From Armatimonadota bacterium (GTDB taxonomy: Bacteria; Armatimonadota; Armatimonadia; Armatimonadales; Armatimonadaceae): a DNA stretch of 30,836 nt. A program made the translations under genes and the position numbers. Below, one piece after another: positions 1-8,020 of the stretch (positions within the stretch are counted from its first letter, which is position 1; each line of letters starts with the position of its first letter). The stretch covers positions 1 to 30,836 of the forward strand of contig JAYUUO010000201.1 of assembly GCA_043754515.1 (NCBI GenBank), read 5' to 3'. The notes under the pieces are model-generated. The model made no database searches, was not told the origin of the DNA, and saw only the letters and a program-made list of their open reading frames with translations.

Positions 1-110
1 GACGGACTGACGGCGACCGTGACGTTCTCCTCGGAGTACGCCGAAGACCTGGAACTCGGCACAGTGCGCATGGCCCCCCGCCCGTTCCTCGCGCCCGCCC
101 TTTACTCTAC
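1..110 (+). pseudogene. 3' fragment of an HK97-gp10 family phage tail-completion protein; no proper stop, frame runs antisense into the GH5 gene
   Basis: Frame 1 reads DGLTATVTFSSEYAEDLELGTVRMAPRPFLAPAL, matching the gp10 C-terminal signature (YA..lE.GT.+M..+PFL.PA). The 5' part lies outside the window. The next in-frame stop is at 495, deep inside the opposite-strand gene. Confidence 0.65.
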
Positions 111-1202
111 AGACCGAAGCGGTTCGCGCCCCACCATTGGATCGTCCAGCCAAGTTTCTCCCAGTCCTGATTGGCGCCCGGGTTGTTGGCAATATTCTCG
201 CCGTTCCCTGGTGCTGAATAATACTGCCACGCGAGATTTCCTGCCCAATCTCGCGACGACTCCTCACCTATGTAGGCATCAGAGGCACTGTTCTGCGTGT
301 TCGCGTCCGCTGATGCAATGTTTGCGGGGCCATGTTCGCCGAGCAAGAGCGGCTTGTCAAGCCAGGAGGCCTTATTCGGCAGGTTCGGCGAGTTACTGTA
401 CTCGTGATAGTCGTAGAAGTCCAGTCCCAGTCCGCCGTACCAACTGGGATGGTTCCCCTGATCGCCGAATGCATACCACTGCGTGCTCATGCTGACCTGT
501 GACGTGTTATGCGCGGAGCCGCCTTCCCAGTGAATCTTCTGCGCGGCAACCTGTGCAAAAGAGCGCATGTCGGTCCAGGAATAGGAACCATTGCCCGTGC
601 CAATGTTCGATTCATTGATGAGGTCGTATCCGAACACACCATTGTTGTTCTTGTATCGGTTGGCGATTGTCCAGATAGCAATATTAACGAACCGGTCGCG
701 TGCCGTACCCGAGGTAACGAAGTTCTTAAATCGTTGCGCCGCCGGGAAGGGTTTGACCCCGCTGGTTTGACAGATTGTGGTTGAGGAACGTTAGGTACAG
801 CGCGAGGCCGTTCGCGTTGGCTTTCGCAATCAGGTCATCCAAATTGCTCAGAAATGTGGATTGCACGCCGTTCACATAGCCGCTCCCATCGAACGTCAGA
901 CCCTCCATATCCTCGAAGAGCCAGACGCGTACGACATTGATGTGCATCCGCTTCATGTCGGCAAGCCACGCGTTCGCCGTGCCACTATTGTAGCCACATC
1001 CCCAGTCCCTGTGAAGAGGATTGTAGCCGATGTCGGTACCATACCGTCCAAAGAACCATGCCTGATTGACTCCATGCACATGTTGCTTTGCGCCACGCAC
1101 GTAAAGGTCCGCATTCTGCGCGTGCGCCGCGCGTGCGAAACCTGCCGTAGCCGCTAGCACTGCGGCGAAGAGAAACAGATCGGTAAACCGTCGTCGGTTC
1201 AT
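107..1202 (-). pseudogene. Secreted glycoside hydrolase family 5-like enzyme (mannanase/cellulase-like), split by a 1-nt frameshift near 728-730
   Basis: ORF 726..1202 has a signal peptide (MNRRRF...AAHAQ), HGVNQAW and NVVRVWLF. ORF 107..637 has YDLINE (acid/base), DFYDYHEY and KPLLLGEHG (nucleophile). Removing one T from ATTTAAG joins them as ...GATIKNFVTSGTARDRFVNIAIWTIANRYKNNNGVFGYDLINE... (364 aa). Confidence 0.85.
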
Positions 1203-1637
1203 TATTGTATTTCCCTTCGAGACCTGCTATGGTCTCGCCTCTGTCGTATTGATAACCGTTTGCGGAACAGGATATCTAGATAGATTCTCCTTCTCATTCC
1301 AGCGTCGCGTCCCGTACGCGACGCCGAAACAAACCATGCCATGGTTGTTTATCCGCGTTGGCAACCACGGCGATCCATACCAGCGGCGAGTTATAATGAA
1401 CCGCGCCCTCGAACTTTTTCTACATCCGAGCCGGAGCAAACCGCTTTTCTACATACATCGCTGTAATGCAAAACAGTTTGCTCGTCAAGCCCGAGAAATG
1501 CTTCGCTAAAAATATAATTTCGACAGATTCGTTGCCAGGCGAAGAGATCTAATCCGGCTCCGTTGGGACAAGTAAAATCTGTTTCAACGGATTGAGAAAA
1601 GTGACTCGAACCTGTTATCTGAAAGCGACTGGAGGGC

Positions 1638-1659
1638 AGAAATCGTCCCGACGATTTCT
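1638..1659. repeat. Inverted repeat AGAAATCGTC-CC-GACGATTTCT (possible terminator of the 1774 gene, or an operator)
   Basis: Perfect 10-bp arms in the intergenic region. No clear U-tract on the minus strand. Confidence 0.5.
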
Positions 1660-1773
1660 CTGGCTCGTTGAACCACCGCCGAGGCAGAAGGGCATCGTAA
1701 ACACGCCGTTACGCGGCTACATGTTCCAGCACCCGCGAATGTCATCAGACAACGCAATTTAGAGTCGCCTGGC

Positions 1774-2109
1774 TTAGGAAGTGTCCTGGTCCCACCCGCG
1801 AAACAGGTGCCCGATGCGGTCGGCGTCGTGCGACTCGATCACGGCGTAGCACAGATCCAGCGCAACCACGAACAGCACCTGGGCCGCGCGATCGGTCGGC
1901 TGATCCAGGACGCGGGAGAAGAACGTCCGCATTACCTCCTCGTATGTCTTCGCCGTCTCCTCGATCACGATGCGGGAATCGCCCCGCAAAGTGAGTGGGA
2001 TTGTCTCCTCTAGCGATTCGATGAACTCCCGCACGGTGGCGGGCGAAGCGCGGTGTAGATCCGCGCCGAAAGCAGCCTGTACCCGCCGTTTGAACTCGTC
2101 CTTATCCAT
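1774..2109 (-). CDS. Hypothetical helical cytoplasmic protein (~111 aa)
   Basis: Clean ORF with natural composition (MDKDEFKRRVQAAFG...). ATG at 2109, alternative TTG at 2118. Extended -10 upstream at 2161-2169. Confidence 0.75.
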   Translation of the reverse strand: MDKDEFKRRVQAAFGADLHRASPATVREFIESLEETIPLTLRGDSRIVIEETAKTYEEVMRTFFSRVLDQPTDRAAQVLFVVALDLCYAVIESHDADRIGHLFRGWDQDTS

Positions 2110-2151
2110 AGGAACCAATGATTATTCGCCCCGAAAACTCGCCCGAAAGTA

Positions 2152-2169
2152 TGGTACGCTATTGTATCA
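2152..2169. promoter_or_regulatory. Abutting opposite-strand extended -10 elements: TGGTACGCT (+, toward ribH) and TGATACAAT (-, toward the 1774 gene)
   Basis: Both match TGnTAnnnT and lie in the short divergent intergenic region. Confidence 0.5.
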
Positions 2170-2239
2170 CCGGTACGAGGTAATCCTTTGATTCGGTTTG
2201 GCGGGAACCCCGTACCCTCACATTTAGAAGCAGGAATGT

Positions 2240-2710
2240 ATGCCCAACTTTTACGAAGGTCATCTGGTTGCCACTAATCTGCGGATCGCCATCGTCGTCT
2301 CACGCTGGAACTCGTTCATCACCGAACGCCTTCTAGACGGCGCGCTTGACACGCTCAAACGTCACGGGGGCAATACCGACTCCGGCGTGGACGTGGTGCG
2401 CGTCCCCGGCACCTTCGAGGTGCCGCTCCTCGCCCAGCGACTTTCGCACTCCGGTAAGTACGACGCCGTGATCTGCCTCGGTTGCCTGATACGGGGTGCG
2501 ACGCCGCACTTCGACTACATCGCCGGGGAGTGTACTAAGGGGATCGCGCAGGCGATGATGGCGAGTGGCGTGCCCATCACGTTCGGGATCCTGACCACGG
2601 ACAGCATCGAGCAGGCGATTGAACGCGCCGGGACGAAGGCCGGGAATAAAGGCTCCGAGGCGGCGGGCGCGGCCATCGAGATGGCGAACCTGCTCAAGGG
2701 ACTGGGGTAA
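2240..2710 (+). CDS. ribH: 6,7-dimethyl-8-ribityllumazine synthase
   Basis: [54 protein letters not shown] upstream. Confidence 0.98.
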   Translation: MPNFYEGHLVATNLRIAIVVSRWNSFITERLLDGALDTLKRHGGNTDSGVDVVRVPGTFEVPLLAQRLSHSGKYDAVICLGCLIRGATPHFDYIAGECTKGIAQAMMASGVPITFGILTTDSIEQAIERAGTKAGNKGSEAAGAAIEMANLLKGLG

Positions 2711-2713
2711 ACA

Positions 2714-3610
2714 ATGCTCGCGTCATTCCCGCTCTTCTCCTCGGACAGCCGGTTCCGCTTCGGGGCGCACATGCCGACGGCGGGCGGCCTGCATAAAGCC
2801 GTCACGGAGGGGTACAAGATCGGCTCCGACACAGTGCAGTTGTTCACCGCGTCCCCGCGCCAGTGGAACGCGCCCCCGCTGAGGCCGGAGTCGGTGCGGG
2901 CGTTCCGCCGCGCCGTGGATAAAACGGGGCTATATCCGCTCGTCGCGCATGACTCGTATCTGATCAATCTGGCGACCCAAGACGCCGCGCTACTCGAAAA
3001 GTCACGTGTCGCGTTCAAACACGAGATGGAGCGCGCGGAAGCACTCGGCCTTGACTTTTTAGTTACGCATATGGGGGCGCATACCGGGTCTGGCGAGGAG
3101 GCGGGGATGGCGCGGGTGTCGGAATCGCTCGACTGGTTGCACGATCAGTTGCCGGATGTCCGTGTGCGGATCGCCCTGGAAACCACGGCGGGGCAGGGAA
3201 CCGCGCTGGGCGGCTCGTTCGCCCATTTCGCCCGAATAGTATCCGCCGTGCGCGAGAAAGAGCGGATCATGGCGTGTCTCGACACCTGCCACATCTTCGT
3301 CGCGGGCTACGACTACCGAACGGCGGAGCAGGCGCGGACGGTTCTAGACGAGTTCGACAAGTATGTCGGCATGGACAAGTTGGTGTGTATTCACGCGAAC
3401 GACACGGACAAAGCGTGCGGCTCGAAGTCGGACCGCCACGCGCACATCGGCGACGGCGAAATCGGGTACGCCGGATTCGCCGCGTTTTTTGAGCAGTTGA
3501 AGGTTTATCCGAACCTGCCCGCGACGGTCGCAGTGGTGGTGGAAACCCCGGACTCGGAAACCATGGTCGCGGAAAACGTGTACCGGATCAAGCGGCTCGG
3601 GACAGCGTGA
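2714..3610 (+). CDS. nfo: Endonuclease IV (AP endonuclease family 2)
   Basis: GAHM, AHDSYLINL, LETTAGQG, CLDTCHIF, HAND and DRHAHIG Zn-ligand motifs. Confidence 0.96.
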   Translation: MLASFPLFSSDSRFRFGAHMPTAGGLHKAVTEGYKIGSDTVQLFTASPRQWNAPPLRPESVRAFRRAVDKTGLYPLVAHDSYLINLATQDAALLEKSRVAFKHEMERAEALGLDFLVTHMGAHTGSGEEAGMARVSESLDWLHDQLPDVRVRIALETTAGQGTALGGSFAHFARIVSAVREKERIMACLDTCHIFVAGYDYRTAEQARTVLDEFDKYVGMDKLVCIHANDTDKACGSKSDRHAHIGDGEIGYAGFAAFFEQLKVYPNLPATVAVVVETPDSETMVAENVYRIKRLGTA

Positions 3611-4077
3611 ACGCGCTCCCCGCGAGCATCGCGCCACGGATCGGAACCGCCATCGCGCTGATCGGCTCGGTCCCCGGCTACGAGGCGCAAGCCGCCACGC
3701 TCGGGAAGATGCTGGAAGCGGGCCGCATCCGCTTCGTGCCGACGCTCGAAGACCGCGCTCAAGCCAGCCTCACGGGAGTTATCACGCTCGGCGGCGAGCC
3801 GTTCGCCTCGGGTGCAACTACGCTCGGACTCGCGGAAACGCTCGTCCACGAACTATTTCATCGGATGCAAAACCCGCTCCTGAAATCGTCGTCGTTCTGG
3901 GCTGGTGTCTTCACCCGCTCCGATGTAATGCTACGGTACGAGCGACCGGCCTACCGCGCCGCCGAGCGGTTCATCGCCGCGTATTTGGGAGCGTTCCCGG
4001 AAGCGAACGAAGAGGCCGCGTCCGAACGGCACGCGGTTCGCGCCACATTCGAGTCGTCCTACGGCGAGCCGCTTTAG
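3607..4077 (+). CDS. Small HExxH zincin-like metallopeptidase-domain protein
   Basis: GTGA overlap with the nfo stop. LAETLVHELFH motif with downstream ERPAY helix, a possible third Zn ligand. Confidence 0.7.
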   Translation: MNALPASIAPRIGTAIALIGSVPGYEAQAATLGKMLEAGRIRFVPTLEDRAQASLTGVITLGGEPFASGATTLGLAETLVHELFHRMQNPLLKSSSFWAGVFTRSDVMLRYERPAYRAAERFIAAYLGAFPEANEEAASERHAVRATFESSYGEPL

Positions 4078-5021
4078 GACGCGCCGCGCCGACCGTCCGC
4101 CGTCAGATTCCAGACGCCGATAAGCACCAGCAACGCCCCCACCGCCGCCCAGACGGTGAATGGCTCGTGGAGGAGCGCGACGCCGATCAGAGTGCCGACC
4201 ACCGGTTGCAGGAAGATGAACAGCGTCACGTCCGACGCGTCCGTGGTCTCCAGCAGGCGGAACCAGAGCGGATAGGCGAGCAATGTACAGCCGCCGAGCA
4301 GGTATAGAGCGGCCTTCCACGCCGCGAGCGTGGGGTGCGCCGCGCCAAGTTGCACCGTCTCCCAGATCGCGAACGGCATCAGAATCAGGGAGCCGATCAG
4401 AAACTCGTAGGTCACGATGGTAAGCCCCGAGTATCGTTTCGTCAGTCGCTTCACGCTCAGCACCGCGCCTGCCTCGAACAACAGGGACAGCACCATCAGG
4501 ATATTGCCGAGGAGCGGGTTCGCCCCGCCCTCCCCACCCCCCGACCGTGTGGAGAGCACCACGGTCACCGCGCCCGTCAGCCCGAAAACGACGCCGATCA
4601 GACGAGGCAATGTCAGTTTTTCTTTCAGGAACAGCACGGCGAGCGCGGCAATCCAGACCGGCTCGGAGGACATGATCAGCGCGGCGGCGGTGCCGGATGA
4701 CAACGCCAGTCCCGCGTAGTTGAACACATATGTCAAGCCCATGCCGAGCAGGGCGAGCCGCGCAAACGCGCCGTAATCCTCCCTCTGTATGTGCAGGGCG
4801 TCCCGGTTCCGCCAAAACAGCCACGCCGCCAGCAGGAGTCCCGCGATTCCGAACCGGAAGAACGCCAGTCGGAACGGCCCGAACCCTGGAGCGTCCGGGG
4901 TCCCGATGGCGATCTTTCCGGTGACATACGCCCCACTCCAGAGAAGGGAGCAGAATGTGGCGACGAGAGCGGTTCGCGGCGTCAGGGTGGAACGGGCGGG
5001 GGCGGGCGGCGTGGACGGCAT
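4074..5021 (-). CDS. EamA/DMT family transporter
   Basis: About ten hydrophobic helices in two EamA repeats; LLWSGAY..GK, FFRF, LFLKEKL, FLQPVVG...LLHEP. Confidence 0.93.
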   Translation of the reverse strand: MPSTPPAPARSTLTPRTALVATFCSLLWSGAYVTGKIAIGTPDAPGFGPFRLAFFRFGIAGLLLAAWLFWRNRDALHIQREDYGAFARLALLGMGLTYVFNYAGLALSSGTAAALIMSSEPVWIAALAVLFLKEKLTLPRLIGVVFGLTGAVTVVLSTRSGGGEGGANPLLGNILMVLSLLFEAGAVLSVKRLTKRYSGLTIVTYEFLIGSLILMPFAIWETVQLGAAHPTLAAWKAALYLLGGCTLLAYPLWFRLLETTDASDVTLFIFLQPVVGTLIGVALLHEPFTVWAAVGALLVLIGVWNLTADGRRGAS

Positions 5022-5024
5022 CGG

Positions 5025-5648
5025 TTACGGCTTCACCTCCGGCGTCCACCGGTCGCCCTGCGGCGGCTCGAAGTCGAGGAGGCGTCGGAGCAGGATGTCT
5101 GGGGCCGACTCGGTGATCAGGGAGTCGTAGCTTTCGCGTCGCACAAAACCCTGAGCCGTAACGGTTCGTAGAAAGGCCAGCAGACCGTCATAGAACCCGG
5201 CGATGTTGAACAAGGCGACTGGCTTCCGGTGCAACCCGATCTGCGCCCAGGAAAGAACCTCGAACAACTCCTCCAGCGTGCCGAACCCGCCGGGGAGCGC
5301 GACGAAGGCGTCCGATAGTTTCGCCATCATCGCCTTGCGCTCGTGCAGTGTCTCCACCACGTGAAGCCGCGTCAGACCTGTGTGCCCGATCTCTCGCGCC
5401 ATCATCGAAGCGGGGAGTATCCCGATCACCTCGCCACCTTCGGCGAGGGCGGCGTCCGCGACAACGCCCATCAGTCCGCCGGTCGCGCCGCCATAGACGA
5501 CGCCAATCCCGCTCCGCGCCAGAAGCCTCGCTACTAGCACCGCGCCCTCGCGGTATGCTGGGTCGTCGCCGAAAGAGGCCCCGCAGTAGAGACACACGCG
5601 GCGCGGGGGAGGGGCGGTATCCACGGTAGTCGCCCTAACTCCCGACAT
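5025..5648 (-). CDS. LOG family (TIGR00730) nucleotide monophosphate phosphoribohydrolase
   Basis: [21 protein letters not shown] and [10 protein letters not shown] motifs. Confidence 0.95.
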   Translation of the reverse strand: MSGVRATTVDTAPPPRRVCLYCGASFGDDPAYREGAVLVARLLARSGIGVVYGGATGGLMGVVADAALAEGGEVIGILPASMMAREIGHTGLTRLHVVETLHERKAMMAKLSDAFVALPGGFGTLEELFEVLSWAQIGLHRKPVALFNIAGFYDGLLAFLRTVTAQGFVRRESYDSLITESAPDILLRRLLDFEPPQGDRWTPEVKP

Positions 5649-5991
5649 AGACCGAGCCGGAGGTACAGGTCTCGTGGATAACCACCCGGCAGAGCTGGGG
5701 CAGGGCAGGCTTCAGCCGGGTCCAGACCCACCGCGCAATGTTCTCGCTGGTGGGGTTCTCGAGTCCCTCGATGTCGTTCAGATAATAGTGATCGAGCCGA
5801 TCGTAGAGCGGCTTGAACGCTTTCTTTATGTCGGCGAAATCCATCACCCAACCGGTGTACGGGTCAACCTCGCCGCGAGCGTGTATCTCGACGCGGAACG
5901 AGTGGCCATGCAATCGGGCGCATTTATGACCGGCGGGAACGTTCGGCAGTCGGTGCGCCGCCTCGAAAATGAATGTTTTGAAGATCTCCAC
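5635..5991 (-). CDS. queD: 6-carboxy-5,6,7,8-tetrahydropterin synthase
   Basis: [35 protein letters not shown]. Probable GTG start at 5991 (118 aa). Overlaps the LOG start by 14 nt. Confidence 0.96.
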   Translation of the reverse strand: MEIFKTFIFEAAHRLPNVPAGHKCARLHGHSFRVEIHARGEVDPYTGWVMDFADIKKAFKPLYDRLDHYYLNDIEGLENPTSENIARWVWTRLKPALPQLCRVVIHETCTSGSVYVGS

Positions 5992-5999
5992 GACGCCGA

Positions 6000-6956
6000 T
6001 TATATCGCGGCTTGAGCGCGGTAGGCTTTGCGCCATCCGCTGGGCGAGGTGCCGACGGCGGCGCGGAAGGCGCGGGCGAAATACGCCGGATCGCCGAACC
6101 CGGATGATAGCGCGACACGGGTCATCGAATCATCCCCGCCCATCAGTAGTTCTTTGGCCTTTTCGACCCGCAAATAACGTAGGTAATCACTAGGCGTACG
6201 CCCTACTCCTTGCGCGAATACCTCGGTGAATCGGTCGGGCGACAGGAACACGGCGCGGGCTATCTCCTCGACGCGTAGCGGCTCGGTGAACCGCTCCTCC
6301 ATGAACGCGAGCGCGGCGGCGACGGTTTCTTCCCCCGCGAAAGGGGCCGGATTGAAATCGGGAGGAGTGGAGGCGACATGACAGCGCGCGAGGTGTACCA
6401 GGAGGCGGAAGAACAGCCCACGCGCCAGAATCATACCCGTCGCGTCGCCGCGCTCCCACTCGGCACGCAGTTCCGTGACGGCGGCCCGCGCTTGCGCTTG
6501 CGCGGGCGGGGACAAGTGCAACCAGCGTCCACAAGGCGTCGCGGCATCACCCCCACGTGCGAGCGGCTGCTCAATGAATAGCGAGCGGAACCCCGGAGTC
6601 TCGTTCAGGACGTCGCGCATAGAACAATCGAAGATCGCGGGATGGAAATGAAAAGTGTCCGTCACCAGGGAGTGACACCCGCGGAAGTGGTGGGTCATGC
6701 CCGGCACCATCACATACACATCCCCGCGAGCGACTCCGAAAACCTCCCCCTCGATCACGTGGGTGCCCCGTCCCTGGCGCACGATGTAGAGCGAATAGAA
6801 ATCGTCATGGTAGTTAGCGGTCATTTCGAGATCTTTGCTCACGGCGTCCGACCAGATCAGTAGCGGCAGGCCCCGTCCGGCGGCCGTGTTGGGCAGACGG
6901 CTGGCGAGACGCGCGAACCGGTGATCGTTTACGGGCAGAGGGGATACGGCAGACAT
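6000..6956 (-). CDS. AraC family transcriptional regulator (cupin sensor plus double HTH)
   Basis: YHDDF...GRGTH...GDVYVM.PG..H cupin domain; C-terminal [10 protein letters not shown]...[16 protein letters not shown]. Confidence 0.93.
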   Translation of the reverse strand: MSAVSPLPVNDHRFARLASRLPNTAAGRGLPLLIWSDAVSKDLEMTANYHDDFYSLYIVRQGRGTHVIEGEVFGVARGDVYVMVPGMTHHFRGCHSLVTDTFHFHPAIFDCSMRDVLNETPGFRSLFIEQPLARGGDAATPCGRWLHLSPPAQAQARAAVTELRAEWERGDATGMILARGLFFRLLVHLARCHVASTPPDFNPAPFAGEETVAAALAFMEERFTEPLRVEEIARAVFLSPDRFTEVFAQGVGRTPSDYLRYLRVEKAKELLMGGDDSMTRVALSSGFGDPAYFARAFRAAVGTSPSGWRKAYRAQAAI

Positions 6957-6990
6957 TGGCGTAGCGACATCGAAAAGCGTTCTCGGTTAG

Positions 6991-6999
6991 ATTTTATCA
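6991..6999 (-). promoter_or_regulatory. Extended -10 element TGATAAAAT for the araC-queD-LOG-EamA unit
   Basis: TGnTAnnnT match 35 nt upstream of the ATG, in an AT-rich divergent intergenic region. Confidence 0.5.
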
Positions 7000-7058
7000 T
7001 GAGTGGAAAATAAAATTTACTCTGCCTGACTCGCTTCGGTTAGGAAGGGTTGCTTTCG

Positions 7059-7852
7059 ATGAAATTTGTTTCTTTACCGCGAATCATGGCGGGCGGTTTG
7101 TGCGCCGCCGCGATCTGTCTCATGCTCACAAGGGGCGCGTCCGCGCAGAACACGAGCCTTTCTTATTGGACCTTTAACCATGTGACGAACGGCACCACGG
7201 ACGTAAACAGCGCGGTTCGAGCCAATCTTTTCACGGTGAATGGCGGCGTAAACCAGACGCAGGCGACGATGAGTTCGTCACGGATGGCGGCGCGGGAAGC
7301 GAGATCGGCATCACTACCTTCCAGGGCACCAGCGTGAATAGCACGCTACCCGATGGCGGGGTACAAACAGCGGGTCAGGACTTGGGTCTTACGGGCGGGG
7401 TCGGGGCGGGGAGCACCAACAACAATAATAAGAGCCTCACGTTCGGCACTTCCAGTTCCGGTTATGAAAACGTCGTCGTGTCGTTCGCCAGTAGGCGCAC
7501 CAACACCGGGTTCAACAGTGTCCAGTTCGCGTACTCCACGGACGGGAGTAACTTCATCAACTTCGGATCGTCCTACACGCCCACGTCGAACTACACGGGG
7601 TCCTTAAAGACTTTTGATCTGTCGTCCGTCGTGGCGGTGGCGGACAATCCGAACGCGCTGTTCCGCCTGACGTTTAACGGCGCGAGCGGGGGCGCGAGTG
7701 CCGACAACAACCGCTTGGATAACATCCAAATTAACGGCACGAAAATCGCCGTAGCGGTTCCCGAAGCGGGGGCGGGGATTCTCGTGATACTGCCGGGGGT
7801 TGTACTCGGAGTCTTCGCCCTATGCCGCCGCAAGATCGGGAGCGGGACATAG
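7059..7852 (+). pseudogene. PEP-CTERM (VPEA variant) surface protein, frameshifted near 7270-7280
   Basis: Signal peptide ending GASAQ in 7059..7337. The Ser/Thr/Asn-rich beta domain continues in another frame (FVTDGGAGSEIGITTFQGTSVNST...NNRLDNIQING) and ends VAVPEA + TM helix + RRK. The 794-nt span is 1 nt short of a whole number of codons. Confidence 0.8.
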
Positions 7853-7883
7853 GTGTTTCCGCCGGGCACCGACTCGGGACGGT

Positions 7884-7904
7884 TCGCGAATTTGAAATTC
7901 GCGA
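7884..7904. promoter_or_regulatory. Perfect 21-bp palindrome TCGCGAATTT-G-AAATTCGCGA upstream of the secretin operon
   Basis: 10-bp arms with a 1-nt centre, extendable by G-U pairs to 7880-7908. Operator versus RNA hairpin is not resolved. Confidence 0.6.
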
Positions 7905-8020
7905 GTCGACCGCCGCGCCGCCGCGAAAACAAATCGCCTTGCCGCGTAACTTTTCTTTCGTAGACCCGTCATATCCCTGGCAGTGTTCCCCGACCGCATT
8001 GTCCCAAAGGATAATCCCCC

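Noticed and set aside
19..495. 158-aa plus-strand ORF as a full gene
   Set aside because: Only the first ~30 codons look like protein (gp10-like). The rest is antisense to the GH5 gene.
726..735. Programmed ribosomal frameshift in the GH5 gene
   Set aside because: No canonical X XXY YYZ slippery heptamer and no rationale for a truncated half-barrel product. A 1-nt insertion or sequencing error is simpler.
1227..1509. Short ORFs 1227..1439 (-) and 1249..1509 (+)
   Set aside because: No recognisable motifs or RBS. The region is better explained as the promoter and structured leader of the GH5 gene.
2119..2239. FMN riboswitch upstream of ribH
   Set aside because: The intergenic region is short, is shared with a divergent promoter, and lacks the RFN consensus (AGGGCGGGGTGAAATTCCC...).
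3931..5049. 372-aa alternative-frame ORF, and similar long overlapping ORFs such as 20948..21634, 22202..22984 and 14018..14656
   Set aside because: Arg/Gly/Pro-rich shadow frames typical of high-GC DNA, overlapping well-supported genes.
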